From Dehalococcoidia bacterium (lineage in GTDB: Bacteria; Chloroflexota; Dehalococcoidia; CAUJGQ01): 64,000 bases of DNA. Made by a program: the position numbers and the translations under genes. Below are positions 27,070 through 37,468 of the stretch, piece by piece. Under the pieces are notes generated by a model, which saw only the letters and a program-made list of their open reading frames with translations, was not told the origin of the DNA and ran no database searches. How positions within the stretch are numbered: the stretch's first letter is position 1; the number at the start of each line of letters is the position of its first letter. The stretch is taken from the NCBI GenBank assembly GCA_035310145.1, contig DATGEL010000129.1:8385-72384 (forward strand), in the 5' to 3' direction.

Positions 27070-28068
27070 TCAGAGGCGAAGCAGGCCGCGGCGCGCTGCC
27101 AGCGAGAGACACCGTTCCACGTTCACTACCGGCGGTCCGTCGCGTCGCAGCACCACGCTCGCGGCGGCGGCCGCGTCGATCTCGATCGCGCGTTCGCCAT
27201 CGAGCGCGAGCAGGCATGGCCCCTCGATCTGCGCCACCTCTCCGAGCACGAGCGGCCGCCGCCGGGACACGCTGAGCGGCAAGAAGAGGCCCGGCGCAAG
27301 CGGCGCGTTCACCGACTCGCCACAGCCGGAGTCGGCCCTCAGTTGCAGGTCGAGCCCATGCTCGTCCTCGGCCCCCACCTCCTGCAGCAGTCCGCCCAAG
27401 CCGGCCAGGCCCACGGCGACGGCCGACGCCCGCGTCAGCAGCACCCGGCGCAGCCGCGACGGATCATACACGGCGCGAGCGCCGATCCAACCCGGTTCGA
27501 GCACGGCCACATCGATCAGGGCGAGCGAGCAGCAGCCAGCCGGCAGGTGCAGGCGCAGACACTTCGCCCGGGTCGCCGCCTCGCCGGCGCGAACGAGGCC
27601 GAGCGCCAGCGCCGCAGCGGCGAGACCGGCGCTGCTGCCTTCGATCTGCGCGGGAAATACGTTGTTCGTGCCCGTGGAGATCGGGATCAGGGGCACGTCG
27701 CAGGTGCCGAGCGCGGCCGCGCGGTTCGTGCCGTCGCCGCCAAGCGTGATCAGCGTCGCTACGCCTGCATCCGCAAGTTCCCCCGCAGCCCGCGTCGTAT
27801 CCTCCTCCCGGCCGCTGAGCTCGATGCGGGCGTATTCCAGCTGCAGCCGCAGCCGCAGCGTTTCGACGGCGCGCCGCACGATACCGAAGTAGTCCGGCAT
27901 GGCGATCACGCGCCGCACGCCGGCCGCGTCCAGCGCGAGCAGCACACGGCGGACGATCTGCACCTTCTCGTTGTTGTCGATGACCGAGGCGTGACCCACC
28001 AGCCGGCGGATGTCCTTGCCGGAGGCCGGATTGGCGATGATGCCCACGGACTCCGGGCGAGCGGCCAA
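27070..28068 (-). CDS. ATP-NAD kinase/diacylglycerol-kinase-fold protein, AcoX-like
   Basis: Motifs IIANPASGKD and ITLGGDGT. It sits between the E1 beta and E2 genes, as acoX does in acetoin operons. Confidence 0.7.
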   Translation of the reverse strand: MAARPESVGIIANPASGKDIRRLVGHASVIDNNEKVQIVRRVLLALDAAGVRRVIAMPDYFGIVRRAVETLRLRLQLEYARIELSGREEDTTRAAGELADAGVATLITLGGDGTNRAAALGTCDVPLIPISTGTNNVFPAQIEGSSAGLAAAALALGLVRAGEAATRAKCLRLHLPAGCCSLALIDVAVLEPGWIGARAVYDPSRLRRVLLTRASAVAVGLAGLGGLLQEVGAEDEHGLDLQLRADSGCGESVNAPLAPGLFLPLSVSRRRPLVLGEVAQIEGPCLLALDGERAIEIDAAAAASVVLRRDGPPVVNVERCLSLAARRGLLRL

Positions 28069-28129
28069 CGGCGGTGTCCTTCGGCGCGTGGTTCAACGGC
28101 GCCGGCGATGGCCGGCGACCAGGCGAGGG

Positions 28130-29113
<984 letters not shown>

Positions 29114-29174
29114 GGGACACCTCCTCGCTCGCCCGCAGGTGCCTTTCGATTTGTCGCTTCGCGATGGGAAGCGG

Positions 29175-30137
29175 TTACGTGTACACGTCTTCGAGCAGAT
29201 GGTCTGCCGTGGGTAGCGGGCTCGCCTCGGCGAAGCGCAGCGCGTCGGCGATGCGCTCACGCACCCGCGCCTGGATCTGCTGGTCGTCGGCCTCGCTGAG
29301 CACGCCCTGGTGCAGCAGGCGCTCGCGGAAGCTCTGGATCGCGTCGCGCGCCTTCCAGCGAGCGACCTCCTCGTCGGTGCGGTAGGTCGCCGTGGCGTTG
29401 ACGCCGACGTGGTCGTAGTAGCGGTAGGTCTTGCATTCGAGCAGGGTGGGTCCCTCGCCTCGCCGCGCCCGCTCGATCGCCTCGAACGCCGCCTCGTAGA
29501 CCGCCATCACGTCCATCCCGTCCACCACTACGCCGGGCATGTTGTAGGCCGAGGCGCGGTCCGCCACGTCTACAACCGTCTGGTGGCGGGCCTGCGGCGT
29601 GTACTCGCCGTAGAGGTTGTTCTCGCAGCAGAAGATCACCGGCAGGCGGTAGAGCGCGGCCATGTTCGCCGCTTCGTGCAGGGTGCCTTCGTTGCTGGCC
29701 CCGTCGCCGAAGAAGCAGACGGCGACCTGGCCACGCCCGCGGGCCCTGGCGGTGAAGGCGGCGCCGACGGCGATCGGCGGGCCGCCGCCGACGATGCCGT
29801 TGGCGCCCAGCATGCCGAGGTCGAGGTCGGCGATGTGCATCGAGCCGCCCTTGCCGTGGCAGTAGCCGTCGACACGGCCGAACAGCTCGGCGTACATGCG
29901 GCCCAGGTCCCCGCCTTTGGCCACGAGATGGCCGTGGCCGCGATGGGTGCTGGTGATGTAGTCGTCGTCGTGCAGATTGGCGCAGACGCCGACGGCGACG
30001 GCCTCCTCGCCCACGTAGAGGTGCAAGGCGCCGGGGATGCGGCCGGCCTGCGAGAGCCGGCCGCCCTCCTCCTCGAATTGCCGGATGGTGACCATGCGCT
30101 CGTACATCGCGCGCAGCTTCTCGGCTGAGACGTCCAT
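29175..30137 (-). CDS. 2-oxoacid dehydrogenase E1 component alpha subunit (TPP-dependent; PDH/acetoin type)
   Basis: Motifs YRGHGH-like STHRGHGHLVAKG and the TPP motif GDGASNEGTLHEAANMAALYRLPVIFCCENN. ATG at 30137. Confidence 0.9.
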   Translation of the reverse strand: MDVSAEKLRAMYERMVTIRQFEEEGGRLSQAGRIPGALHLYVGEEAVAVGVCANLHDDDYITSTHRGHGHLVAKGGDLGRMYAELFGRVDGYCHGKGGSMHIADLDLGMLGANGIVGGGPPIAVGAAFTARARGRGQVAVCFFGDGASNEGTLHEAANMAALYRLPVIFCCENNLYGEYTPQARHQTVVDVADRASAYNMPGVVVDGMDVMAVYEAAFEAIERARRGEGPTLLECKTYRYYDHVGVNATATYRTDEEVARWKARDAIQSFRERLLHQGVLSEADDQQIQARVRERIADALRFAEASPLPTADHLLEDVYT

Positions 30138-30236
30138 TTCGTCGCTCCCGCCGCGGATGGGCCGCGCCGCTGAAAACCCGGCGCGGCGCACGGCCACCAT
30201 AGGCCGCGGGCAGAGACCCGTCAACGCGGGCAAGGC

Positions 30237-31190
30237 TTACACGCGAGCCGTCGCCGGCGCGGCCGAGAGCGCCGCGCACAACGCCGCCGCGGCCTCGTCC
30301 AACGCCAGCTTTGCCTTGTCGATCTGCAAGAACATGCCGAAGAAGCCGTGGATCATGCCGTCATAGCGGGTGGCCGTTACGCGCACGCCGGCCGCCTTCA
30401 GCCGCTTCGCGTACGCTTCGCCCTCATCGCGCAGCGGGTCGAACTCGGCGGTGATCACCAGCGCCGGCGGCAGCCCCGCGAGGTCGGCCGCTTGAAGCGG
30501 CGAGGCGATCGGGTTCTTGCCCTCGGCGGGGGTGTTCAGGTAGTGGTTCCAGAACCAGACCATCGAGTCGCGACTGAGCAGATAGCCCTCGGCGTTTTCG
30601 CTGTACGACGCGGTCTCGTAGTTGTGGTCGGTCACGGGGTAGATCAGCAACTGGAAGGCGATACGCGGTCCGCCTCTCTCCTTTGCCATCAGCGCCACCA
30701 CCGCCGCCAGGTTCCCGCCCGCCGAGTCGCCGCCGACGGCCAGCCGCGAGGCATCACCGCCGAACTCCGCCGCGTGCGCCGCCGCCCACTGTGTCGCGGC
30801 GAAGCAGTCATCCGCTGCCGCCGGGAACTTGTGCTCGGGCGCGAGCCGGTAGTCGACGGAGACGATCACACAGCCGCTGCGGTTGGTAAGGGCGCGGACC
30901 GAGGCGTCGTGGCTTTCAATGTCGCCGATTACCCAGCCGCCGCCGTGGAAGTAGACCAGCACGGGGAACGGTGCGCGGCCTTCCGGCGTGTAGATGCGCA
31001 CCGGGACCGAACCCGCCGGGCCGGGAACGCTGCGATCCTCCGTCTTCGCTACCGGTTCTCCCGGCGGCATCCCCGCACGGCGCGCGGCCATGTTGCGGCG
31101 CGTCTCCTCCACCGTCGCCGTACCGAGCGGTGGATCGCCGAGCGCGGCCATCTGATCAAGAACAGCGCGGGCCTGCGGATCGAGTGGCAT
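30237..31190 (-). CDS. Alpha/beta hydrolase, hormone-sensitive-lipase-like esterase (family IV)
   Basis: Oxyanion motif HGGGWVIGD, nucleophile elbow GDSAGGNLA, and a C-terminal HGF. Confidence 0.85.
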   Translation of the reverse strand: MPLDPQARAVLDQMAALGDPPLGTATVEETRRNMAARRAGMPPGEPVAKTEDRSVPGPAGSVPVRIYTPEGRAPFPVLVYFHGGGWVIGDIESHDASVRALTNRSGCVIVSVDYRLAPEHKFPAAADDCFAATQWAAAHAAEFGGDASRLAVGGDSAGGNLAAVVALMAKERGGPRIAFQLLIYPVTDHNYETASYSENAEGYLLSRDSMVWFWNHYLNTPAEGKNPIASPLQAADLAGLPPALVITAEFDPLRDEGEAYAKRLKAAGVRVTATRYDGMIHGFFGMFLQIDKAKLALDEAAAALCAALSAAPATARV

Positions 31191-31381
31191 TTGGCATCTC
31201 CTTCGCCGAAAGCGCGGGGACCGCCGTTCGCCGCTGCGGTCTGCGCGGGCGAACTGCCCAAATCACTCGCCATTCCTTCAATCCAAATGTACCGGACGTA
31301 CCGAACGTAGAAGCTTGGCGCAGCCGCGTCAACCAAGCGGCAGCGCCCGCCAGCCGGCGGTCGCCATGCTACGATCCCCGG

Positions 31382-32659
31382 ATGGAGCCAGTCCAGCGCC
31401 AGGATCTGTTCGCTCGCTTCACGCGTGAGCTGAGAGAAGGCGAGCGCGCCGTGATCGCGGCTGCCCGCGCCTGGGCCGCCGAGCAGGCTGCGCCGCTGTA
31501 CCTCGTGGGCGGCAGCGTACGCGATTTGCTGCTGGGGCGCGGGCACCTCGACCTCGATCTGGCGCTTGAAGGCGACCTGGCCGCCCTGACACGCGAGCTG
31601 TCACCCAGGTTCCGGTCGGAGGTGACGTTCCACGAGCAGTTCGGCACCGCCAGCCTCGAGGGCATCGGCTGGGCGCTCGATCTCGTGCGCACGCGGTCAG
31701 AACGGTACGGCGCCCCGGCCGATCTGCCACTGGTCGAGCCGGCCGGCATCGCGGAGGATCTGGCGCGCCGCGACTTCACCGCCCATGCCATGGCACTGCG
31801 CCTTGACGGCGAGTCAGCCGGGATGCTGCTCGATCCGTTCGCCGGTGAAGCAGATCTGCAGCGGCGTCTCTTTCGCGTGCTCCACGGCGAGAGCTTTCGC
31901 GACGACCCCACCCGCCTGCTGCGCCTGGCGCGTTACGCGGCGCGGCTCGGCTTTGCGGTCGAGCCGGAAACGCTGCGCCTGGCGCGGCGCGATGCGGTCT
32001 TCCTCGACAGCCTCACACCGGCGAGGATCACCCACGAGTTGGTGCGCGGCTTTGCCGAGCCCCTGCCGGAGACCATGCTCAGCGTGCTGGGCGAGTTGCG
32101 GGCGCTCAGGCGCGTCCTTCCCGCGCTTAGCCAAACCGAAGCGGTGAGTGAATGGTTCAGCGGCCTGCGAGCCGACGGTGGCGCTGCGCCGGCGTTCGCC
32201 GATTACCTCTGCACCCTGGGTGCGGACTGGTCGCGTACGGACTTGCAGTGGCTCGTGCGGCGGCTTGAGCTGCGCCAGGACGTGCTTGCGGCGCTTCACG
32301 ACCTGCCTGGGGCAACACGCACTCTGCGCGAACTGGTGCATGCGGGCGCGGACGCGGCCGACGTGGTCGAAGCGCTTGCCCGGATCGAGCTGCCGGCGAT
32401 CCGCGGTGCGGGCGCACGGGCCGGTGGCGCCAAGGCAAAGCTGGTGCGACGATACATAGGCCAGTGGCGCGACTTGCGGCCGCGGTTACGCGGCGACGAC
32501 CTGCTGGCGCTGGGCGTGCCCGCGGGACCGGCGGTGGGCGCGGTCTTGCGAGCGCTGACCGCGGCGCGGCTGCGCGGTCGATTGCCGGACAGGTCGGCCG
32601 AGCAAGCCTTCGTTGGGCGCTGGCTCGAAGCAGCAAGAACCGGCCAGACGTTCGAGTGA
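31382..32659 (+). CDS. CCA-adding enzyme / poly(A) polymerase family nucleotidyltransferase
   Basis: LYLVGGSVRDLLLGRGHLDLDLALEG head-domain motif and RDFTAHAMAL. I chose ATG 31382. Confidence 0.8.
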   Translation: MEPVQRQDLFARFTRELREGERAVIAAARAWAAEQAAPLYLVGGSVRDLLLGRGHLDLDLALEGDLAALTRELSPRFRSEVTFHEQFGTASLEGIGWALDLVRTRSERYGAPADLPLVEPAGIAEDLARRDFTAHAMALRLDGESAGMLLDPFAGEADLQRRLFRVLHGESFRDDPTRLLRLARYAARLGFAVEPETLRLARRDAVFLDSLTPARITHELVRGFAEPLPETMLSVLGELRALRRVLPALSQTEAVSEWFSGLRADGGAAPAFADYLCTLGADWSRTDLQWLVRRLELRQDVLAALHDLPGATRTLRELVHAGADAADVVEALARIELPAIRGAGARAGGAKAKLVRRYIGQWRDLRPRLRGDDLLALGVPAGPAVGAVLRALTAARLRGRLPDRSAEQAFVGRWLEAARTGQTFE

Positions 32660-32666
32660 CGGGAGA

Positions 32667-32975
32667 ATGATGCCGGACGACGTCTGCATAGTTTGCGCCG
32701 AACCGTTGACCGAGAACCGCGCCACGTGCAATCAGTGCGGCGCCGACTTTCACTTCGCCCTGCGCATCGACGTGCCCGCCAAGGACTGCGGCGACGCCTG
32801 GATCGACGACGAGGTGCAGGCGCTGGTCTTCGGCTGCAACCGCTGCCTGGGCAGAATGGAGCCGGCCGGCGAGCGAAGACGCTATGCGCGCCGCGAGCAG
32901 ACGGGCGCCCGCGCGGTCGCCCGCGCCCGCCGCGGCCGCAGGGCAAGAGAGGCGAGGGGCGACGATGCCTCGTGA
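32667..32975 (+). CDS. Small Cys-rich protein with an Arg-rich tail (hypothetical)
   Basis: CIVC-x10-CNQC ... C ... CNRC. RBS GGGAGA. It immediately follows the CCA-enzyme gene. Confidence 0.45.
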   Translation: MMPDDVCIVCAEPLTENRATCNQCGADFHFALRIDVPAKDCGDAWIDDEVQALVFGCNRCLGRMEPAGERRRYARREQTGARAVARARRGRRAREARGDDAS

Positions 32976-33318
32976 TCGACGCCGGCGCGACCGCCGCGAT
33001 CGCCGCGCCGAGCTGCCAGCGCCGCCGCCTGCCACGGCGGCGCGCGGGCCGACGCTCGCGGGCCGGACGGTGGCGCGTCAGCGCGAGTGGCGCTGGCGCA
33101 CTTTCCCCGTGTTCTTCACCTTCGCCGTGACGCTGTTCGTCAGCTCGATCCTGTCGGCGCTGCTGCTGCGTCAGCCGGGTCTGAACATCATCGAGATCGC
33201 CGGGGCGCTGGCGCTGGCGATCGGGCTCTCCCACCTGATCTCCGTCCGCCTATTCGAGAGCCGCTTCCCCGCGCGCCGCGATGAGCCTCGTTCGCCAGGT
33301 CGCGGACCATCGCAGTGA
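32965..33318 (+). CDS. Small membrane protein with an Arg-rich N-terminus (hypothetical)
   Basis: The ATG overlaps the upstream stop. There are two hydrophobic helices (FPVFFTFAVTLFVSSILSALLL, IIEIAGALALAIGLSHLI). Its 3' end overlaps the convergent GNAT ORF. Confidence 0.4.
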   Translation: MPRDRRRRDRRDRRAELPAPPPATAARGPTLAGRTVARQREWRWRTFPVFFTFAVTLFVSSILSALLLRQPGLNIIEIAGALALAIGLSHLISVRLFESRFPARRDEPRSPGRGPSQ

Positions 33319-33787
33319 AGCCCGGAAGGGGCGCCGGTCGTGGATAGGCCGGGCGGTAGCCGATGCGCAGCCAGAAGTAGATCGCCAGCCCGTTTGCCCG
33401 CGGCACGAGCGCGACACCCTGGCGGCCGCCGGCGGTGGCTGCCAGCGCCTCCAGCGCGAACACGGCTTCCGAGCCGTAGCCGAGGTTGCGTACGTCCGGG
33501 CGCACCGCCAGTTCCGTGATCCCGCAGTCGGGGTCCGAGAGCCGGCAGCGCAGGTAGCCTACGACCGCGGCATCGAGCGTGATCAGGAGCGACGTCTCGC
33601 CCACAGCCGCCGCCGCGAGCCAATCTTCCGGGGTCGGCGCTTCGTGAGCCGACTGAGCGCCGAGGCCGCGCACGTCCAGCCAGCCGGCCGCGAACCAGGG
33701 GCGCAAGGATGCCATGCCGCCCGGATCCGGCTCGCGCAGCGTGATGCGCGGCGCTGGCGCTCGCCCGCCGCGGACAGGAGGGCTCAT
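33188..33787 (-). CDS. GNAT family N-acetyltransferase (tentative)
   Basis: ITELAVRPDVRNLGYGSEAVFALEALA resembles GNAT motif A (Q/RxxGxG/A). The ATG overlaps the dinG stop (ATGA). The C-terminal Arg/Gly tail is doubtful. Confidence 0.55.
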   Translation of the reverse strand: MSPPVRGGRAPAPRITLREPDPGGMASLRPWFAAGWLDVRGLGAQSAHEAPTPEDWLAAAAVGETSLLITLDAAVVGYLRCRLSDPDCGITELAVRPDVRNLGYGSEAVFALEALAATAGGRQGVALVPRANGLAIYFWLRIGYRPAYPRPAPLPGFTAMVRDLANEAHRGARGSGSRIGGRRSGGRARSPAPAPRRSR

Positions 33788-36639
33788 CGGTTCGCTTGCC
33801 GCAGCCACTTGCGCACGTGCGTGGGAAGTTGGGCGAGTGGGGCGTCGGCCTGCGTGCAGTCGGGCAGCGAGGCGAGGAACGTCTTGCCGTACGTCTTGCT
33901 GCGTATGCGCCGGTCCAGCACGGCCAGCACGCCGCGGTCGCTCTTCTGTCGAATCAGCCGGCCGAATCCCTGCTTGAAGCGCAGTGCCGCCTGTGGCAGC
34001 GCATAGTCCTTGAAGGGCGCGTCGAACAGCTCGCTGCGCGCCGCGAACACGGGGTCGGTGGGCACCGGGAAGGGCAGCTTGGCGATGATCAGCAGCGAGA
34101 GCGCCTCGCCGACCAGATCCACGCCCTCCCAAAAGCTGGCGGTGCCGAGCAGGACTGTGCGGTGGTCCGCCTTCAGCGCGTCGAGCAGGTCACGCGGCGT
34201 GCCGTCCACGCCCTGTGCCAGCACGCGGATGCCGTCCGCTTCCAGCGCCGGCCTCACGGCGCGATACGTCGCCCGCAGAGCGCCGTGTGAGGTGAAGAGC
34301 ACCAGCGCGCGGCCTTCGCTGGCGCGGGTCAGCTCGATTACGCCCCGCTCCACGGCCGGCTGGTAGTCGAGGCGGTTCGGCTCGGGCATGTCGGTCGCGG
34401 TCAGCACCAGCGCGGCGCTGCGGTAGTCGAAGGGCGAACCGAGCGCCAGCTCCTCCGCCTCTTCCAATCCCAGGCGCTCGCGCACGTAGCGGAAGCTGCC
34501 CGCGGCGCTCAGCGTGGCGGAGGTGAGCACCACGCTCGACTTGCGGCCGAAGAGGTAGCTCTCCAGCACCTCGCCCACGTTGAGCGGAGCCGAAGCCAGC
34601 GTCACGGCGCCGTGCAGCCGGTTCACCGTTAGCCAGGCGATGCGCTCCGCGTCGTGGCGGCCGATGATCTCGTCCAGCCCGAGCCGAAGCCGCGTCAGCG
34701 ACTGTACCCGCGCCGCCACACTGGCCCCGAGTCCCTCCGCGTCGAGCACCGCGGTTGTGCCCGAATCGGTCAGCGCGGCGCCGAGCCGCCCCAGCGCCTC
34801 CTGCAACACGTCGAGCGCCACGCGCAGGTTCTCCCATGCCAGCTCGACCTCCTGCCAGCCCGGTTGCGAGCGCTTGCCGGTGGTGAGCAGCAGCCGGTGG
34901 TCGTACTCTCCGCCGGTCTGTGCGTGCTCCGCCACGAACGCCTGGATGCGCCCGAACAGCTCGGGCACGCGCTCGCGCGCCCGCTCGGTCAACTCACGCG
35001 TTGAGGTGAGCAACCCGTCGATGTGCTCGCGTTGCGCGGCGTCCTGCCCCGGCAGGCGCAGCGCGACGGCGACGTCGGCCAGCAGGCCGCTCTCGCGCTC
35101 GGCGCCGCGTTCGTCGATCGCATTCAGGGCGTTGCGGCACTCGCCCAGACCGGTGGTGAAGCCGAACTGATCGGTGGCCTCTTCCTCCAGGTTGTGCGCC
35201 TCGTCCACGATCAGCCGCTCGTATGGGGGCAGCACGCGCCCGCCGGCGGAGATGTCGGAGAGCAGCAGCGCGTGGTTGACGACGACGAGATGCGCAGCCT
35301 CGGCACGCTTGCGGGCACGCAGCAGCTGGCAGGCGCCGTTGCGGACGTAGTACGACGGGCCGTTGAAGCACTCCGAGTTCGCCGCCGAGAGGCGCGCCCA
35401 GATCGGCTCCTCCTCCGGCCGCAGGTTGAGCTCGGCGCGGTCGCCGGTCTCGGTCGTCTGCAGCCAGAGCAGCAGCCGTACGGCGAAGCGCGCCTCCTCG
35501 TTCGAGAGGCCGGTCTGGCGGCGGAAGTTGGCGAAGCGCTGCAGGCAAAGGTAGTTGCCTCGGCCCTTGAGCTGCACGGCGCGGAACTCCGGCAGCATCG
35601 CCTGCACATCGTCCGGCCCGCAGGCGGCGAGCACGCCGCGCAGCGCCGGCAGATCCTTGCCCGTGATCTGTTCCTGCAAATTGATCGTGTTGGTGGAGAC
35701 GACGACGCGCTCGCCGTTGCGCAGGGCGAAGCAGGCCGCCGGCAGCAGGTACGCCAGCGATTTGCCCGTGCCCGTTCCCGCTTCCACCAGCAGGTGCTCG
35801 TCCTGTGAGAGCGCCTGCGTCACCGCCTCCGCCATCTCGACCTGCTGCGGACGCTGCTCGAAGCCGCCAAAGACTTGCGGGTGCGTGGCGATGCAGTCGA
35901 ACACCGCGCGGATCTCCTCGGTCGCCAGCGGCTCCCGTTCCGCGTGGGCCTGCAGCGCTTGCGTCTGCGGACGCGGGGCAGCGGTTACGTCAAGCACGAT
36001 CTCCGAGGCGGCGCCGGGCAAGAGGTTAGGCATGAGCGCCTGCAGGGCGGAGGCGAAGAAGGCGCGCAACGGCCAGCTCGTCCCGGCGCTGAGCTGCACG
36101 ATCTCCGCGAGCACGAGCGGCGGCAGCGCCAGCGCCCGCTCGCGCAGCAGCAGGAAGAGCTGCATCGCCGCCTCAGCATCGGGCAGGGCGCGGTGCTGGG
36201 TGGGAAAGTCGATGCCGAAGCGTCGGGTGAGGCCGCGCAGGCTGTACTCCGGCAGGCCCGGCGCCAGCAGCTCGGCCAGCTCCGCCGTGTTCCACACCGG
36301 GCCGGGCGGGCGCAGGCCCATGCGCTGCAGGTACATCAAGTCAAAGCCGACGTGCTGCCCGACGATCGGATCGGCGCCGAGAAAGCTGCGCAGCGTCTCG
36401 GCCACGACCGCGAAGGGCGGCGCCGACTGCAGCTCCTCGTCGGATATGCCCGTGAGCGTTCGGATGCGGTAGGGGAGCGGCCGGCCCGGGTTGACCAGCG
36501 TCTGGTAGCGTTCGCTGCGCCCGCCCGCGGTGAAGCGGATCGCGCCGATCTCGATGATCTCGTCGTGTTCCGGGTCGATGCCCGTCATCTCCAGGTCGAG
36601 CGAGACGAACCACTCGCCGGAGTCCGCGGACCTGTTCAA
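33784..36639 (-). CDS. dinG: Bifunctional DnaQ-like 3'-5' exonuclease / DinG-family ATP-dependent helicase
   Basis: Exo I motif FVSLDLEMTGIDPEHDEIIEIGA, helicase motif I VEAGTGTGKSLAYLLPA, the DEAH box (VDEAHNL), and the C-terminal helicase domain. No ATG or GTG lies near the domain start. The TTG at 36639 is provisional. Confidence 0.85.
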   Translation of the reverse strand: MNRSADSGEWFVSLDLEMTGIDPEHDEIIEIGAIRFTAGGRSERYQTLVNPGRPLPYRIRTLTGISDEELQSAPPFAVVAETLRSFLGADPIVGQHVGFDLMYLQRMGLRPPGPVWNTAELAELLAPGLPEYSLRGLTRRFGIDFPTQHRALPDAEAAMQLFLLLRERALALPPLVLAEIVQLSAGTSWPLRAFFASALQALMPNLLPGAASEIVLDVTAAPRPQTQALQAHAEREPLATEEIRAVFDCIATHPQVFGGFEQRPQQVEMAEAVTQALSQDEHLLVEAGTGTGKSLAYLLPAACFALRNGERVVVSTNTINLQEQITGKDLPALRGVLAACGPDDVQAMLPEFRAVQLKGRGNYLCLQRFANFRRQTGLSNEEARFAVRLLLWLQTTETGDRAELNLRPEEEPIWARLSAANSECFNGPSYYVRNGACQLLRARKRAEAAHLVVVNHALLLSDISAGGRVLPPYERLIVDEAHNLEEEATDQFGFTTGLGECRNALNAIDERGAERESGLLADVAVALRLPGQDAAQREHIDGLLTSTRELTERARERVPELFGRIQAFVAEHAQTGGEYDHRLLLTTGKRSQPGWQEVELAWENLRVALDVLQEALGRLGAALTDSGTTAVLDAEGLGASVAARVQSLTRLRLGLDEIIGRHDAERIAWLTVNRLHGAVTLASAPLNVGEVLESYLFGRKSSVVLTSATLSAAGSFRYVRERLGLEEAEELALGSPFDYRSAALVLTATDMPEPNRLDYQPAVERGVIELTRASEGRALVLFTSHGALRATYRAVRPALEADGIRVLAQGVDGTPRDLLDALKADHRTVLLGTASFWEGVDLVGEALSLLIIAKLPFPVPTDPVFAARSELFDAPFKDYALPQAALRFKQGFGRLIRQKSDRGVLAVLDRRIRSKTYGKTFLASLPDCTQADAPLAQLPTHVRKWLRQANR

Positions 36640-36694
36640 CCGATGCCAACGTTCTAGCAGCCGCGCGGCTGAAATGAGCTGAAAATGTGACTGC

Positions 36695-37408
36695 CTAGCG
36701 CACGCTCTCCGGCGTGACGAATTCGTCCAGGGTGAAGCGGCGCAGGTTGCCCTCCGGCAGCCCCAGCGCCGCATGGAAGCGACGGGCGTGTAACTCCTCC
36801 AGCATCTCCTCGAGGGTGGTGAGCTTCTTCTCGAACACCGTGGTGTAGATGCCGACACCGCTGGTCGAATGCGCATCGCTGCCGCCGGTTCCCGGCTTGC
36901 CGAGATAGTTGGCGACCTCCAGCGCAAAGCGGTTTTCGCGCGGCGTGTTGGCGCCGTTCAAGACTTCGATGCCGTCCACAAGCTGGAAGACTTCCAGCTT
37001 CGCCATGTTCTCCGGCGTCATCAGCGGCGGCTCTTTGCCGTTGCGGCGGAAGGTCACGGGATCGAACCAGTGACGAAAGGGATGCGCCACGATCATGAAG
37101 CCGCCGACCTGGTCGAGCGCCTTCCGCAGCTCCGTGCCCCTGCGAATGCCGGGCAGATACTCGGGCAGGCCGATGGCGATGATATGGCCCAGGTCGGTGG
37201 AGACCTCCATCCCCGGACAGACGAACATGCCGCTCTCTTCGCGGAAGCGGGCGAGTGTGTAACGATCCCAGACGCGGTCGTGCTCACTGACGTTGACGCC
37301 CGTGAGCCCGATGCGCCGGGCGACCTCGATCAACTCCGCGGGGGTCAGCGCACTGTCTGACGCGCCGTTGGTCGTGTGGCAGTGCATATCGACGATTGTG
37401 CCGGTCAT
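36695..37408 (-). CDS. PHP-domain metal-dependent phosphoesterase
   Basis: DMHCHTTNGASDS and the later GGSDAHS His-rich PHP motifs. Confidence 0.85.
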   Translation of the reverse strand: MTGTIVDMHCHTTNGASDSALTPAELIEVARRIGLTGVNVSEHDRVWDRYTLARFREESGMFVCPGMEVSTDLGHIIAIGLPEYLPGIRRGTELRKALDQVGGFMIVAHPFRHWFDPVTFRRNGKEPPLMTPENMAKLEVFQLVDGIEVLNGANTPRENRFALEVANYLGKPGTGGSDAHSTSGVGIYTTVFEKKLTTLEEMLEELHARRFHAALGLPEGNLRRFTLDEFVTPESVR

Positions 37409-37468
37409 CCAAACCTCGGTCGCGCCGCGCTTTCGGCGCGTGCACGCACCTCCAGTATAGCAATCGCG

